From: Eledone cirrhosa
Taxonomy: Eukaryota
NCBI GenBank assembly: GCA_964016885.1
Contig: OZ024741.1
Span: 178,498,001 to 178,562,000, forward strand
Direction of reading: 5' to 3'
DNA length: 64,000 bases
Shown in pieces: positions 52,577 to 64,000 of the stretch. How positions within the stretch are numbered: the stretch's first letter is position 1; each line of letters begins with the position of its first letter. The notes under the pieces were generated by a model. That model was not told the origin of the DNA, made no database searches, and worked only from the letters and a program-made list of their open reading frames with translations. A program made the position numbers and the translations under genes.

Positions 52577-53434
52577 TTAAAGTAAGTTAAACTGTCACTA
52601 CTCTAAAAAATAGCATAAGGTCTTCGAAATGCTTTTAATTAAGCATACAGTGTATTGCAAAATACATTATATTTACTGTGTATATTTATTATGGAGGAGG
52701 TGGAATGACAAAATCGTTATTGACTTTGCTCTCTACCCAAATTACTGGCATTGTAACTAAACTAGTAACCATTGTAGTGCACAAAGAACATGTAAATTCT
52801 TCGCCCGAATTTGATTATTCTCGTGTTATTTGTAAATATTAAACTGCCAATTGAGGATGTTAAATGACAACATATCAACTGTTTAAACATGTAAATCTCT
52901 CTAAGTTATATCTCTATGAAATATTTTCAGTACTGAATAGACAAAGTTAACATCTTATGTATTATTTTATTGGGTTCATGCTGGGGTACCTGTCTAAATG
53001 TTTATGTATGCAAGAGTTATTTACTTAGGTTTGAAAGATAGAATTGAAAATAATCAAATGCTACATATGAAGGTATGGGGTATATGTTCAGTGCCTTCCC
53101 CCATTATCTTACATTAGTAATGTAAGTTAAGTGAAATGGCTACAAATCCCTTACGAAATCGAACCTAGGTTGCAGAAATAGTTTCTTTGTAGATGCAGTG
53201 TGACCTTTTACACTACAGATCTCGCCATGGCTGGTTGAGTCAATTTTAAGAATATCTAATTTAACGTTAGTTTTCCCTCATAGATGTAATTTAACTGATT
53301 AAATGTAATAATTAAAAACGTGAAGATTAGTCAGCAAGAATTCATTTTAACTGAATAGTTTCACTTAGCTGAAAGTTTGGAGACACTGGACAAAATTAAT
53401 TGGGACTATTTAATTACGGATCTTTAATTTCTCT

Positions 53435-53525
53435 ACTTTACGTTCATCTGGGGGTCAACATTGCCTTCTACAAACGGAGTCGATGAAATAAAGAACCAGT
53501 CAAGTACTAGAATCGATGTAATCCA
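53435..53525 (+). mobile_element. Old Nin-domain SINE relic
   Basis: ggggtcaacattgccttc..ggagtcgatgaaataaagaaccagtcaagtact resembles the SINE core. Confidence 0.5.
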
Positions 53526-54612
53526 CATGTCGATAATAGGAATCAATAAACATAATCTTTCTAACTATTTTCATATCATAAAATTGATAGCTTTATTGCG
53601 AACGAATTTAGTTGTCTAAGTTGGCTTCCATTCAAAACTGTAATTAGATAGGTCATGCCATTTATATACTTTATACAAGGATACGTCCATGTTGTTATAA
53701 TTACATATCTTCATTAATTTCTTTGTCTCATTATCATATAGATGTTTAATGTATATCTAAGGTCATTTGTAATATAGAGAATTTATATATTCATGAAATA
53801 TGTCACATATACGCTTCAACGGTTTATTTTGTCATGTTTTAGACTTTATTCTATAGTAATGTATAATATCCTAAAATAGACAGAAAGAGGTGCCAGTCAC
53901 CGTTTAGTCTAATGGCAATGCATTAGTATGGTATTGGAGAGATACGGTGTTTCAAATCCTCGTGGGCGAGCTTTTTCCATATCCATGTTAATGTACCTGA
54001 CTTTCCCGGCTATTATTTAGTGATCGACTGTTATTACAGATATTCTGTGCGTTGAGTTTCTCACATTTCCAAATTTTCAATATTCTATAAATTGATATTT
54101 ATTTACTAATATGGTATTAATAGCAATTTCGTTTTCCTGAACTGAGATATATCATTGAATATGCAGTGATATAAGTATTAATGTACTTATTGTAGCAAAG
54201 ATAACTTTAATCAAATGAGGACTATAACACTATATCAAGATAGAGAAAACATTTTTGAACAAAGCTTAAGAAAACGATACAACCCTAAATTTAAACATCA
54301 ATATAGAAAAATACATGTTGAAGTGCGTGGATGCACCAGGTATATACTTATGCCTGCACGCATGTATGTATGCACGCTTTAATCTATTCTAAATATATTA
54401 TATTTCAAGCTTATTAAATAAAGTATCCCGAAAGTTTAAAGTTACGATCCAATAGTATATTATACCATTGTAATATATAGATGTTATTATTACTGAAAAA
54501 GCTTCAAGAATTATTGATATGGTATAACATGCAATACGTAGGTAGTCATATGATTCAACGTGAAATATCTTCGCAATAAGGTGGCTGATAATTTAACATT
54601 ATTTGATCAGCA

Positions 54613-54802
54613 GGGTGGTGGCTTGGCAGTATCGGTAGAGGGTCGGACGCCATGCTTTCCAGCATAGTTACGTCCCTTTACAGTCTGAGTTCAAATCCCG
54701 CCGAGGTTAACTTTGCCTTTCATCCTTACGGGGGTCGATAAAATAAAGTACCAGTAATGTACTGGTGTAATTGCTGGCTTTGTGCCTAAAGTAGAAACAA
54801 TT
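54613..54802 (+). mobile_element. SINE, full length, young
   Basis: Consensus match; TSD ttatttgatcagca at 54599-54612 and 54801-54814. Confidence 0.93.
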
Positions 54803-54809
54803 ATTTGAT

Positions 54810-54953
54810 CAGCATAGTTAGATTCCTTTACAGTCTGAGTTCAAATCCCGTCGAGATTAACTTTGCCTTTCATCCTTACGGGGTCGATAAAATAAAGTAC
54901 CAGTAATGCACTGGGTATTTGCTGGCCTAGTGCCAAAAGTAGAAACAATTATT
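54810..54953 (+). mobile_element. 5'-truncated SINE
   Basis: Starts at cagcatagtta; B-box, core and tail present. Confidence 0.9.
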
Positions 54954-55030
54954 TGAAATTATCTTCTCTCTCACCATTACCAATACACTCAGGCCTTGAG
55001 ACACAGACGTGCTGCCTCCGCTCTCTAACA

Positions 55031-55216
55031 TAATTGTTTCTACTTTTAGCACAAGGCCAGCAATTACGCAGTGCATTACTGGTACTTTATTTTATCGACC
55101 CTGTAAGGATGAAAGGCAAAGTTAACCTCGGCGGGATTTGAACTCAGACCGCAAAGAGACGTAACTATGCTGGAAAGCATGGCGTCCGACCCTCTACCGA
55201 TACTGCCAATTCACCG
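55031..55216 (-). mobile_element. SINE, full length
   Basis: Consensus match; TSD-like ccgctct(c/t)taacataat on both sides. Confidence 0.92.
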
Positions 55217-55889
55217 CTCTTTAACATAATACAACAGCTTCTGCTGCTTAGATCTGTCTGCTTTCGTGCAAGCTCTGTTGTGGCATTTTCCACTTATTCG
55301 TCTCTTAGTCGACACATACATTCCCATATTCTGTCCACCCTAGACCCCGAACTAACCATTATGTCCAGGTCTGCCACTTCAAACACTCGAGCTTTGCAAC
55401 TGTTCAAGTGAATCATTAACGGCGTCAATATCATCGGTCTTCTAGATCCTTCGAAATCCAAGTGCACACTTATTCCCTTCACTCCGAAAATTATATATAT
55501 ATTAAATAAACGTGAATTGTCATATAACAAGAAGATTGCCTTGCGTTCATGCTCGATCAGGTGGAAGACGGGGGCAATATCAATATTTTTCAAAAGCCCT
55601 TCCGAAACTAGAAAGATCAAAACTGTCAATGTTTTAATTAAATGATACGTAGCATTTAATTAAATCATATGTTATAAGGTAAGACATATCAGCGCTGTTT
55701 TAGTAGCATGGAGAGATTGAAAAACAGATTTATTACAGGATACGATGCAATATGCTATTTGATATCAAGTATATTACCTTTCCTTCCGCACCATGCGCTT
55801 CCTCTCTTAAATGATATTGATAGCTGCTTTGTTAACATATTTGTAATAAAAGTCATTTCTTTGCTCGTCAACTTTTAAAAATAATCAAT

Positions 55890-55945
<56 letters not shown>

Positions 55946-56467
55946 ATATATATATATATATAGGAAGGGGCAAAGGCCCGACCGCAACAACAAGTGGTTT
56001 CGGCTTATATTCAGGAAAGCCTTACCAAAGGGTTCTGAAGTATGAAGAATTTTTCTTTTGAATTAATGTGGGATGTGTGGAATTAGATCACTTGCTGGGC
56101 TGGTCAGCCACTGGAGGTAGCTTCTGGTCAAATTAGTTATTATGATATATTGTCAAGGGAATCTTGCACCGGGCTAACGGGGGGGGGGGCTAAAGAATGG
56201 TACTTTGTGTCTATACACTAGAAGTTAGGAAATAATGTACGTTATAGCTGGGAATGTTTCATTTTCGCATCTGAAAATGGGGTTATAATTCTGAAATATC
56301 ATACCAAAATACACCCGGGTAAAACATTTGTTTAACTTTGGTTGTTTTGGTTCATTTACCATCATCTTGCCTTCGTATTTTCTGCCGTATTTTCCCGGCT
56401 TTTAAAAAATGTATTGGTGATTTGCTTCGTATATACAACAATTCTTCGTCGTATATACAACAACACT

Positions 56468-56629
56468 AGGGTCGGACGCCATGCTTTCCAGCATAGTTAC
56501 GTCCCTTTACGATCTGAGTTCAAATCCCGCCGAGGTTGACTTTGCATTTCATCCTTACGGGGTCGATAAAATAAAGTACCAGTAATGCACTGGGTAATTG
56601 CTGGCCTTGTGCCTAAAGTAGAAGCAATT
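56468..56629 (+). mobile_element. 5'-truncated SINE
   Basis: Consensus match from gggtcggacgcc to tail. Confidence 0.92.
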
Positions 56630-56634
56630 AATTA

Positions 56635-56711
<77 letters not shown>

Positions 56712-56969
56712 AAAGAACACAAGAGCGTCTACAACATCAAAAGATTTTTATTGGCTTACAATGTTTCTTCCTTACGTAACACGGGTATACAATACCTAAC
56801 TCCTATTAACCTAAGTATATATATATATATATATACTGTACTACTATATATATATGTGTGTGTGTGTTTTAAGTAATTCCGAAGGAAAAACAAAGGAAAA
56901 AAGAGTGCTTTATGTATAGCACAGAGCTATTTAATTAGATGGTCAACAACACAACATAAAATATAACTA

Positions 56970-57037
56970 CTCCATTACCAAAGGTTTCTGGATCCCAGAC
57001 AATATTAATATACGTCTGGATCGGTCATCAGGCAGAG
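56970..57037 (-). ncRNA. Degenerate type I hammerhead motif in a pLTR-like fragment
   Basis: CTCTGC-CTGATGA-CC-GATCCAGAC..GTCTGGGATC-CA-GAAA-CC-TTT-GG-TA/ATGGAG; core intact, stems I and II mismatched at the junction; flank 56870-56930 resembles 59170-59230. Confidence 0.5.
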
Positions 57038-57293
57038 ATGTTATGGATAAAGAATATGAAATGAGATTTAAAATCTGTTAAAAATTGGAAGTGTGGCTGG
57101 AAAAATAACGGGAAATATACATAAGAAAAGAAGGGTAAGAAAAATGATAAATAAAAGTATATAGCAATATAGAAAAAGACATGTGTGCATACATGTACAC
57201 ACACATACATACATTCTGATATAAGTAATATATATATATGTATGTATACATACATGTATATATTTATACACAAACATACACAGACATACACAG

Positions 57294-57460
<167 letters not shown>

Positions 57461-57539
57461 AAACACATAAATACATATACAGACATATACATACACACAC
57501 ACATATATACGTATATAATATAATTTAATTAGCTCTTAA

Positions 57540-57788
57540 ACATTACTGAAATTCTACAAGAATCCAGTTTCTATAATTCTCGGCAGAAGCGAAGGGGTGA
57601 GTAATCCTGATAGCCGCTAAGGAGCGAGAAACAGAACTGTCGATTACTTAGCTTTGTCATTGTGAAGAATAAATAAATGAGATAGTCACTACTTTAAAAT
57701 TCATGGCGAATGGTCTTCAAAATATTTTTAATTAAACAAACAGTATATTATCAAATACACTATACATACATTCATATATATATATATA

Positions 57789-57790
<2 letters not shown>
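57540..57790 (+). mobile_element. Diverged relative of the 320-bp HHR repeat with a different hammerhead
   Basis: Flanks ttactgaaattctacaagaatc and gtcactactttaaaa..ggtcttcaaaat.tttaattaa..aatacactata.atacattcatatata match the unit; HHR-like TGAGTAATC-CTGATAG-C-CGCT-AAGG-AGCG-A-GAAA-CAG-AA-CTG-TC/GATTACTTA at 57598-57650. Confidence 0.65.
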
Positions 57791-57850
<60 letters not shown>

Positions 57851-59164
57851 AAAGAATCAATTTAAGATTAATTAGACCATTACTCAACAGAGTACTCGAT
57901 ACTTGGATTAGTAGAGCATGACTATATTATAAAGAGTCGGGACCCAACGACTGAGCTCTTGCCATTTTTACAACTAGTATGAATGTATGTATGTATGTAT
58001 GTATGTATGTATGTATGTATGTATGTATGTAGGTATGTATTTATGTATTATGTATGTGTGTATGTATATTCGTTTTGTACCTTTTTAATTCGTCAACATT
58101 GTAGCATTGTATGAATGCCGATGTTTTAAGTACTGAATAATGTTGCATTTACAGAAATAGTCAATATTGGAATACATTATTTATTATTTCACTTCGTCTC
58201 TGTATATCATGACTTCCTTTCAAGCTTCTACTGGATCAGAACACCGCCCCCCCCCCCCCCTATACACGCACATTCGATAAAATGTACTGAGTCGATTTAA
58301 TCACCAATAAAAAATTTTCTGAAAAGAATTCCCTTGTGCTTCCTCAGAAGAAATTTAAAATTCTAAGCGTACAACTATTAATCACTTTACCATTGAAGCA
58401 AAATCCAGTAATGAAATGCTGCTTTTACCAAAGGGAATCTAAGATTTCAAGAAGGTGATTAGTAAACTTAACTACTTTCCAACAGAAGGTTTTTGAATAA
58501 GTTGGCATAGATTTATTTTTTTAATGGTTAGTAAATGTAACTAAACTACAGAGTCTCATTGAATTTATGAGTTTTCCACTACTTACAACGTAGGTATCAT
58601 TAACATTTTTAAATGCAGGCTTAAATAGATTAATCCAGTCCTAAAAAATTTAATCCTGTCTCTAACTTGGAAAAGAATTCAATAGAGTTAAAATCACAAA
58701 CACCCCCGGTTTCATAGAAGCTAAGAAAGAAACTCTGTTGCTTTTCCATTCTACCACGTTATACAGAAGAATGAAGCAAATGTCAAGTTTTAGACTTAAA
58801 TATGAAATATGAAAGTCACGATGAAATTTAGGTTATACAAAAATCTCTTTTTTTTTTAAATTTGTTTTCATTCTATTCATTTATTTTGAATTAATAAAAT
58901 AAAATTTGGGCATTGTATATTCATACAAGAAATTTGGAAATGGTATTTCAGTTGAAGTAATTTTCTTTTCAATACTCTAGATTCTCTATTCAATTGATAA
59001 ATTCATACGAGCTGAATATTTGATACAGCAAATGACATCGTAGTGATATTACCTGTTAATAGGGAGAAAATAAAATTGGTTTCCAGTTCTGTGCTTCAAA
59101 CTTTTAAATATTTACTTTATATACAATTATTTACAATAATGTGGCTACATATTATATATATATA

Positions 59165-59435
59165 TATGTGAAGTAATTCCGTCGGAAAAGTCCAGGAAAA
59201 AAGAGTGCTCTATGTAGGTAACAGAGCTTAATAGTTATGTAATAAACAACAATAAAAAATGTTGCTTTCAATCATCAGAATGAAAAAAATCCTGGTGTAT
59301 TTATTGATATTGGAATCCAATATCAATAAATACACCAGGATTTTTTCATTCTGATGATTGAAAGCAAAATTTTTTGCTTTTAAGGGACCACTGGTAAATG
59401 GAATAATTGCCTTATGTTGTTTATTACATAACTAT
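59165..59435. repeat. Nested palindromic insert in (TA)n
   Basis: Inner arms 59262-59314 and 59316-59368; outer arms 59231-59251 and 59415-59435. Confidence 0.85.
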
Positions 59436-59510
59436 ATATATATATATAAAATAAAATAATTAAGTCAAATAGGTAAAAATTTAGCTTCGTTTATTATAAA
59501 TTATAGATAT

Positions 59511-59565
59511 ACTGCTATATATATTTCGGTGACAGCCATCACCGGCTGTGTCGTCTTCAGGCAGT
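59511..59565 (-). ncRNA. Minimal type I hammerhead in the PLE 3' pLTR
   Basis: ACTGC-CTGAAGA-CGAC-ACAGCC..GGCTGT-CACC-GAAA-T-ATAT-A-TA/GCAGT; base of stem II imperfect. Confidence 0.7.
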
Positions 59566-62394
59566 CCGAATTGGTGTGGTAGAGACAGGTATACATGTTG
59601 ATTAAGTGTGTTTTACTCCGTCAATACTCCGATATGTCCAGCTCCTGGTTGCGTTGTTATTTCTCTGAGGAACTGGAATCATATGAATTTGAACAAACGA
59701 ATTTCGGCGTCATAGGACACTCTCTCATCCCATTGGTCAGTTGTGAGAACATTCCTCAGTCAAAAGTCTATAGAAATTTTTCTGAGACAATCTGTTTTAG
59801 TTGTTTTTGTTTAAGTACAGCTGACCTCCTCCATTGTGTTGGTAGTGGTAATGGTGTTAAGGGGTCAGCTGGCAGGTCAGTTTAGGTTTGCTGCTGCAAT
59901 GTTCAGAAGAATTTGTGTGTGGGGGTTGGCATCTATCCTGCCACCATTTGATGTGGTGTGTGGGGGGGGGGGGGGCAAACAAATAAAAAATAAAAAATAA
60001 AATGCGTGTGTGTTATAACCAATATCAAAATTTGAAAGATTTGGAAAGTATTAATTGAAGTAGAAAACCTGTGTGTCAGAATCGATAAGTGTAAAGAATT
60101 ACAATTCTTACACTATCATCGGGTGGTGCGTTTTAAGAGCAAATGAGACAAAAGTGGAGTGTAAAACACCAAAACCTGAGTGTCAAAATCCGGAAGTGCA
60201 AAGGGTTACAGTTCCCATTTCGGCATAAAGTACATATGCGTGTATGTCAACGCACATCGTTGCAAGCACACACGCACAAATACAGGCTCAGGTGCATCCC
60301 ATATGTATACACACACACACACACACACATTATATACACACACACATATACACACATATATGTACATATATACATACATATAAACACACACATACATGCA
60401 AGTATCTATGTATGTATAATTTTAAACAACAGTATCTATGTATGGTCATAATATATAAGTATGTGTTGCCATAGGAGTCGATCGAGGCAGGAGTAGGGGT
60501 GGTTTACCTTCGGCTCGGTGTGGCGGGTCTACTGTCCCTAGAGCTTGAGGGAAGTTCCCATCCCAGTGTGTTGTTATTGTCCATATAGCTTGAGGAAGGT
60601 CCCGGCCCTGAGGTGTCTACATGTACCGAAGAAGTCAGTCCTGAGGTTTATTAGGCTGCTTCCACCGCTGAGTATCTCGAGCGTCTCACTCAGACATAGT
60701 TTGCAGATGCCAGATCCCCCTCTATCACGTGGTACTTTCCTGATTTTGGACCAGGCCAGAGAGTACGGGGTCCTGTCCAGCTTGAGCTTCCAGATCAGTT
60801 CGGAAAGAGCCGTACTTTTCCTTTTGTCCTCCTTATTAAAGGAATGGCGATAGTTATACCATCGGTCTTTGAAGCTCGTTGATGTGGCTCCTATGTAAAG
60901 GTGTTCAGAGCTGGGGGTTTTTACTCTACATCTGTATATGAAGTTCTTCCTCAGGCATTCATTACTAAGGGGGCATAATGTGGGGGTTCTGCAGTTGCAA
61001 GAGGTTGTCGACCCCCGAGTGCCTAATGTGGGGTTCCCGTTGCGTATTATAGAGTGGTACTCAACAGGGCCGGGTGGTGGTGGGGGGTCCCTGCGTCTGT
61101 TTGGGCTCCCAGGGTGGTTACTGGGTGCACCCATCCTTCCCTCCACATGCCTCTGCTGGGTGCTTATATTGCGAGCTTCTGGTTGTGTGTAGTTTTTAAG
61201 TCTACCCCTATTGATGCTAGCTATGTGCTGGGCTACATTTTGTGTGGTAGGATACGAGAGCTTCACAGTGTGTCTGTTGAAGATCTTGTGGTATCTATGG
61301 TCCCTCGGGAAGCATTTACCTAGTGCTCTAAAGAATGACCGGGCCAGGCTGTTCTTTAGGACCGTTGAGAAGAGTGGGTTATACCACGTAATTTTTCTGC
61401 GTCTATTCCTATGTGGGTAGGTCGAGCGGGCTGTGGGCTGTTGAGGAGTTGTTGGGTTGCTAGTGGTTCCCGCATTGTTGCTTCCCTTTGGGCGTTATGT
61501 GTTTTGCTAGCTTCCCGGCCAGTACCTGTGGGGTGGTTGTTGCCCACGCTGTGAGTTCTGCAATGGGATGAACCTCCATCCATTCCGCTTTGTGTCTTGC
61601 GATTGGGGGCGTCGGGCCCGGGATGGTTAGTATTACCCCTGAGACGGCTACTCATACTGGGTTTCCTCCAATGGCTAGGCGTACGCGTCTCTTTCGCTAA
61701 TGTGGTGGTGTCGGGTTCGTGATGTTTAGTGGTTTCCACTATGCCTGTACTGTTAGGGTCCCCCCTCCCGGATACCGTGGGTCGGGGGGTCCGATGGGCT
61801 ATCCCTATCATGGCGCCGCTGATTATAAGATATATTATGGCCATGCGCCGCCTTATTTAGAGCTGCGTTGTAATATTCTGCGTTGCTATCGAAGATCTCC
61901 TTATTGGTGGACAGTTTGGAGATCCTGTCCGAGAGTCTCTTCACTACGGCCTTAATTATGGATCTAGGGTGGTTTGACTTGACGTTAACATATACCAGTT
62001 TCTCGTTGGGCTTGTTATAGGGGTAGTATTACTCAGTGCTCAGGTTTAGGGTGGTGTCTAGGATGTTGACTACCTTTTTATTTGGGTCTAGTTCGATACT
62101 GAGCCCATGGTTCTTAAAGAAATGCCTAATTCGCCTCTTAAGTCTCTCCACCATAGTGGTGCTGTGGTCATAGACTGTGAAGAGAACATTCCTCAGTCAA
62201 AAGTCTATAGAAATTTTTCTGAGGCAAGACAATCTGTTGTAGTTGTTTTTGTTTAAGTACATCTGACCTCCTCCATTTTGTTGGTAGTTCCTCAGAGAAA
62301 TAACAACGCAACCAGGAGCTGGACATATCGGAGTATTGACGGAGTAAAACACACTTAAACAACATGTGTACCTGTCTCTACCACACCAATTCGG

Positions 62395-62449
62395 ACTGCC
62401 TGAAGACGTCACAGCCAATGATGGCTGTTACCGAAATATATATAGCAGT
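62395..62449 (+). ncRNA. Minimal type I hammerhead in the inverted pLTR copy
   Basis: ACTGC-CTGAAGA-C-GTCACAGCCA-ATGA-TGGCTGTTAC-C-GAAA-T-ATAT-A-TA/GCAGT. Confidence 0.72.
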
Positions 62450-62506
62450 ATATCTATAATTTATAATAAACGAAGCCAAATTTTTACTTATTTGACTTAA
62501 TTATTT

Positions 62507-62548
<42 letters not shown>

Positions 62549-62980
62549 CCACATTATTGTAAATAATTGTATATAAAGTAAATATTTAAAAGTTTGAAGC
62601 ACAGAACTGGAAACCAATTTTATTTTCTCCCTATTAACAGGTAATATCACTACGATGTCATTTGCTGTATCAAATATTCAGCTCGTATGAATTTATCAAT
62701 TGAATAGAGAATCTAGAGTATTGAAAAGAAAATTACTTCAACTGAAATACCATTTCCAAATATCTTGTATGAATATACAATACCCGAATATTTGACTTAA
62801 TTATTTTACATTACTCCAGAGTAAACAAACCAACCTGCGTACTTCGTCGAGTGCCCCAATCTGCATACTGAGGTGTCAGTAAACAACCAACATATACTCA
62901 ATATATATATATATTTATATATATATATATATATAGTTACGAAACATAAGTCAATTGCATGAACTCATAATCCTTTATTT

Positions 62981-63038
62981 ACTGCTATATATATATTTAG
63001 ATGATAGCCATTGAATGGCTATGACCTCATCAGGCAGT
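62981..63038 (-). ncRNA. Hammerhead motif with mutated G12
   Basis: ACTGC-CTGATGA-GGTCATAGCCATT-C-AATGGCTATCATC-TAAA-TATATATATA/GCAGT; probably inactive. Confidence 0.6.
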
Positions 63039-63089
63039 TAATCAGTTTTTAGATATGCCAATCAGTTTTTAGATATTTATGGTGTTGAT

Positions 63090-63124
<35 letters not shown>

Positions 63125-63127
<3 letters not shown>

Positions 63128-64000
63128 AATAGTGAAGAATAACATGGTCAACAGTACAAAAAGGCTTGTATTTACCGTATTAACAATGTTTCATTGATTA
63201 GGGTTTCTAAGGATTACTAATAACTCGAAGTTGTGTGACTCAATCTTAAATACAGTGTATGCATAATCAAATCATTGGAATAACCGACAAAGTTACACTC
63301 AATATTTGTATTTATACTTCGGAGAATTCAAATAACAACATCAATAATAGATGAGGAAAGAGAAAAAGAAAAAGAGAAAAAAAAATAATAAAGTTAGAAT
63401 GAAGATGATAAAAAACATATATAAATAAAAATATATATATACGTGAAGAAAATATATGAACATAATACGATTGTTGAAAATAGTGTTGGTGGTGGTGGTT
63501 AAAGTTGTAGTGGTGTGTAAGTATAAAGATGTGACGAGGGTAGGAATATTATTAGTATGAAAATAAATATTAAATATATACATATATGTATTGGTTAAGT
63601 CACAGATGGTTAGAGTAGGAAGAAAGAATATAATGATAAATAACTTATAAAAGATAAATTAATAAATTAGAAGTTAGGGAGAGGTTAAGAGATATAGGAT
63701 AGGAGGTTTATGATGTTGATTTGGTGATTAGTTCGTTTGTTGACAGTTAATAATAGTGAGTTGGTATGTAGTTATTATAGTAGACTCTGGGTGGTTCAGC
63801 TAGAATGATGGGATTGTTGGATCGAATCGTGTTGGTTTGAAATTTGCGAATTTAGTAGCTGATTTGTGCCTACAGAAAATTGATCGTTCTATTTGCTGTT
63901 AAGCAGCATTTTGTCAACAGCTCCATATTGCAAAGTCCGCAGTGGGACATTCCAATTTAGTAAGCCTTTGCTCCCGATAATTTTGACCAGCTAATCCTGT
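63125..64000 (-). mobile_element. 3' end of another Naiad-type PLE running off the window
   Basis: Minus strand from 64000: RISWSKLSGAKAY*..HCGLCNME..IFCRHK, the GIY-YIG C-terminus, followed by an AT-rich tail. Confidence 0.65.

Larger units (their letters stand above)
51687..52671. mobile_element. Non-coding tandem 320-bp hammerhead repeat (retrozyme-like), head-to-head array with TSD
   Basis: About 1.3 units on minus (51708-52129) and 1.7 units on plus (52141-52671); four HHR copies; direct repeat tttactgtgtat at 51675-51686 and 52672-52683. Confidence 0.88.
59445..62515 (-). mobile_element. 5'-truncated Naiad-type Penelope-like element with inverted pLTR copy
   Basis: Minus strand: RT 3' part (FFKNHGLSI..VVNILDTTLNL..YVNVKSNHP), WYNPLF, KIFNRHTVKLSY, CNCRTPTLCPLSNECL, FIY..LYIGATSTSFKDR, CKLCLSE, TCRH; 62288-62515 inverts 59445-59673. 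Confidence 0.9.

Noticed and set aside
51687-52671. CRISPR-like or simple satellite reading of the repeat array
   Set aside because: Units are identical over their length with no spacers, the context is eukaryotic and no cas genes are present.
53895-53976. tRNA-like sequence with A/B-box-like motifs and TTTTT
   Set aside because: Stems do not pair; at most a decayed pseudogene or SINE head. The same applies to 53140-53225 on minus.
55975-56035. Hammerhead-like GGCTT..AAGCC-GAAA-CC..GG-TC/GGG on minus
   Set aside because: CUGANGA box is too degraded (TTTGGTAA) to call as a feature.

Overview
AT-rich, microsatellite-dense eukaryotic DNA with no recognisable host protein-coding exon. The SINE and LINE types suggest an octopod cephalopod (inference, not a database result). 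It holds one intact tRNA-Ala(UGC), about 14 young or partial copies of a tRNA-headed Nin/Deu-domain SINE plus older SINEs, a nearly full-length RTE LINE with an inverted 5' end, three decayed Tx1/L1-clade LINEs, R4/Dong-type REL-endonuclease LINE pieces, and several Penelope-like element (PLE) relics, two with Naiad-type C-terminal GIY-YIG domains. The hidden signal is an unusually dense set of type I hammerhead ribozyme (HHR) motifs. The best is a non-coding 320-bp tandem repeat at 51687-52671. Each unit carries an extended U3-A8 variant hammerhead, the array is arranged head-to-head and flanked by a 12-bp target-site duplication, and one arm ends exactly at the predicted cleavage site. This fits a retrozyme predicted to release a ~320-nt (circular) RNA; related copies lie at 41035-41406 and 57540-57790. 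Many insertions also show fold-back inverted duplications anchored at (TA)n tracts. All calls come from manual reading and coordinates may be off by a few bases.
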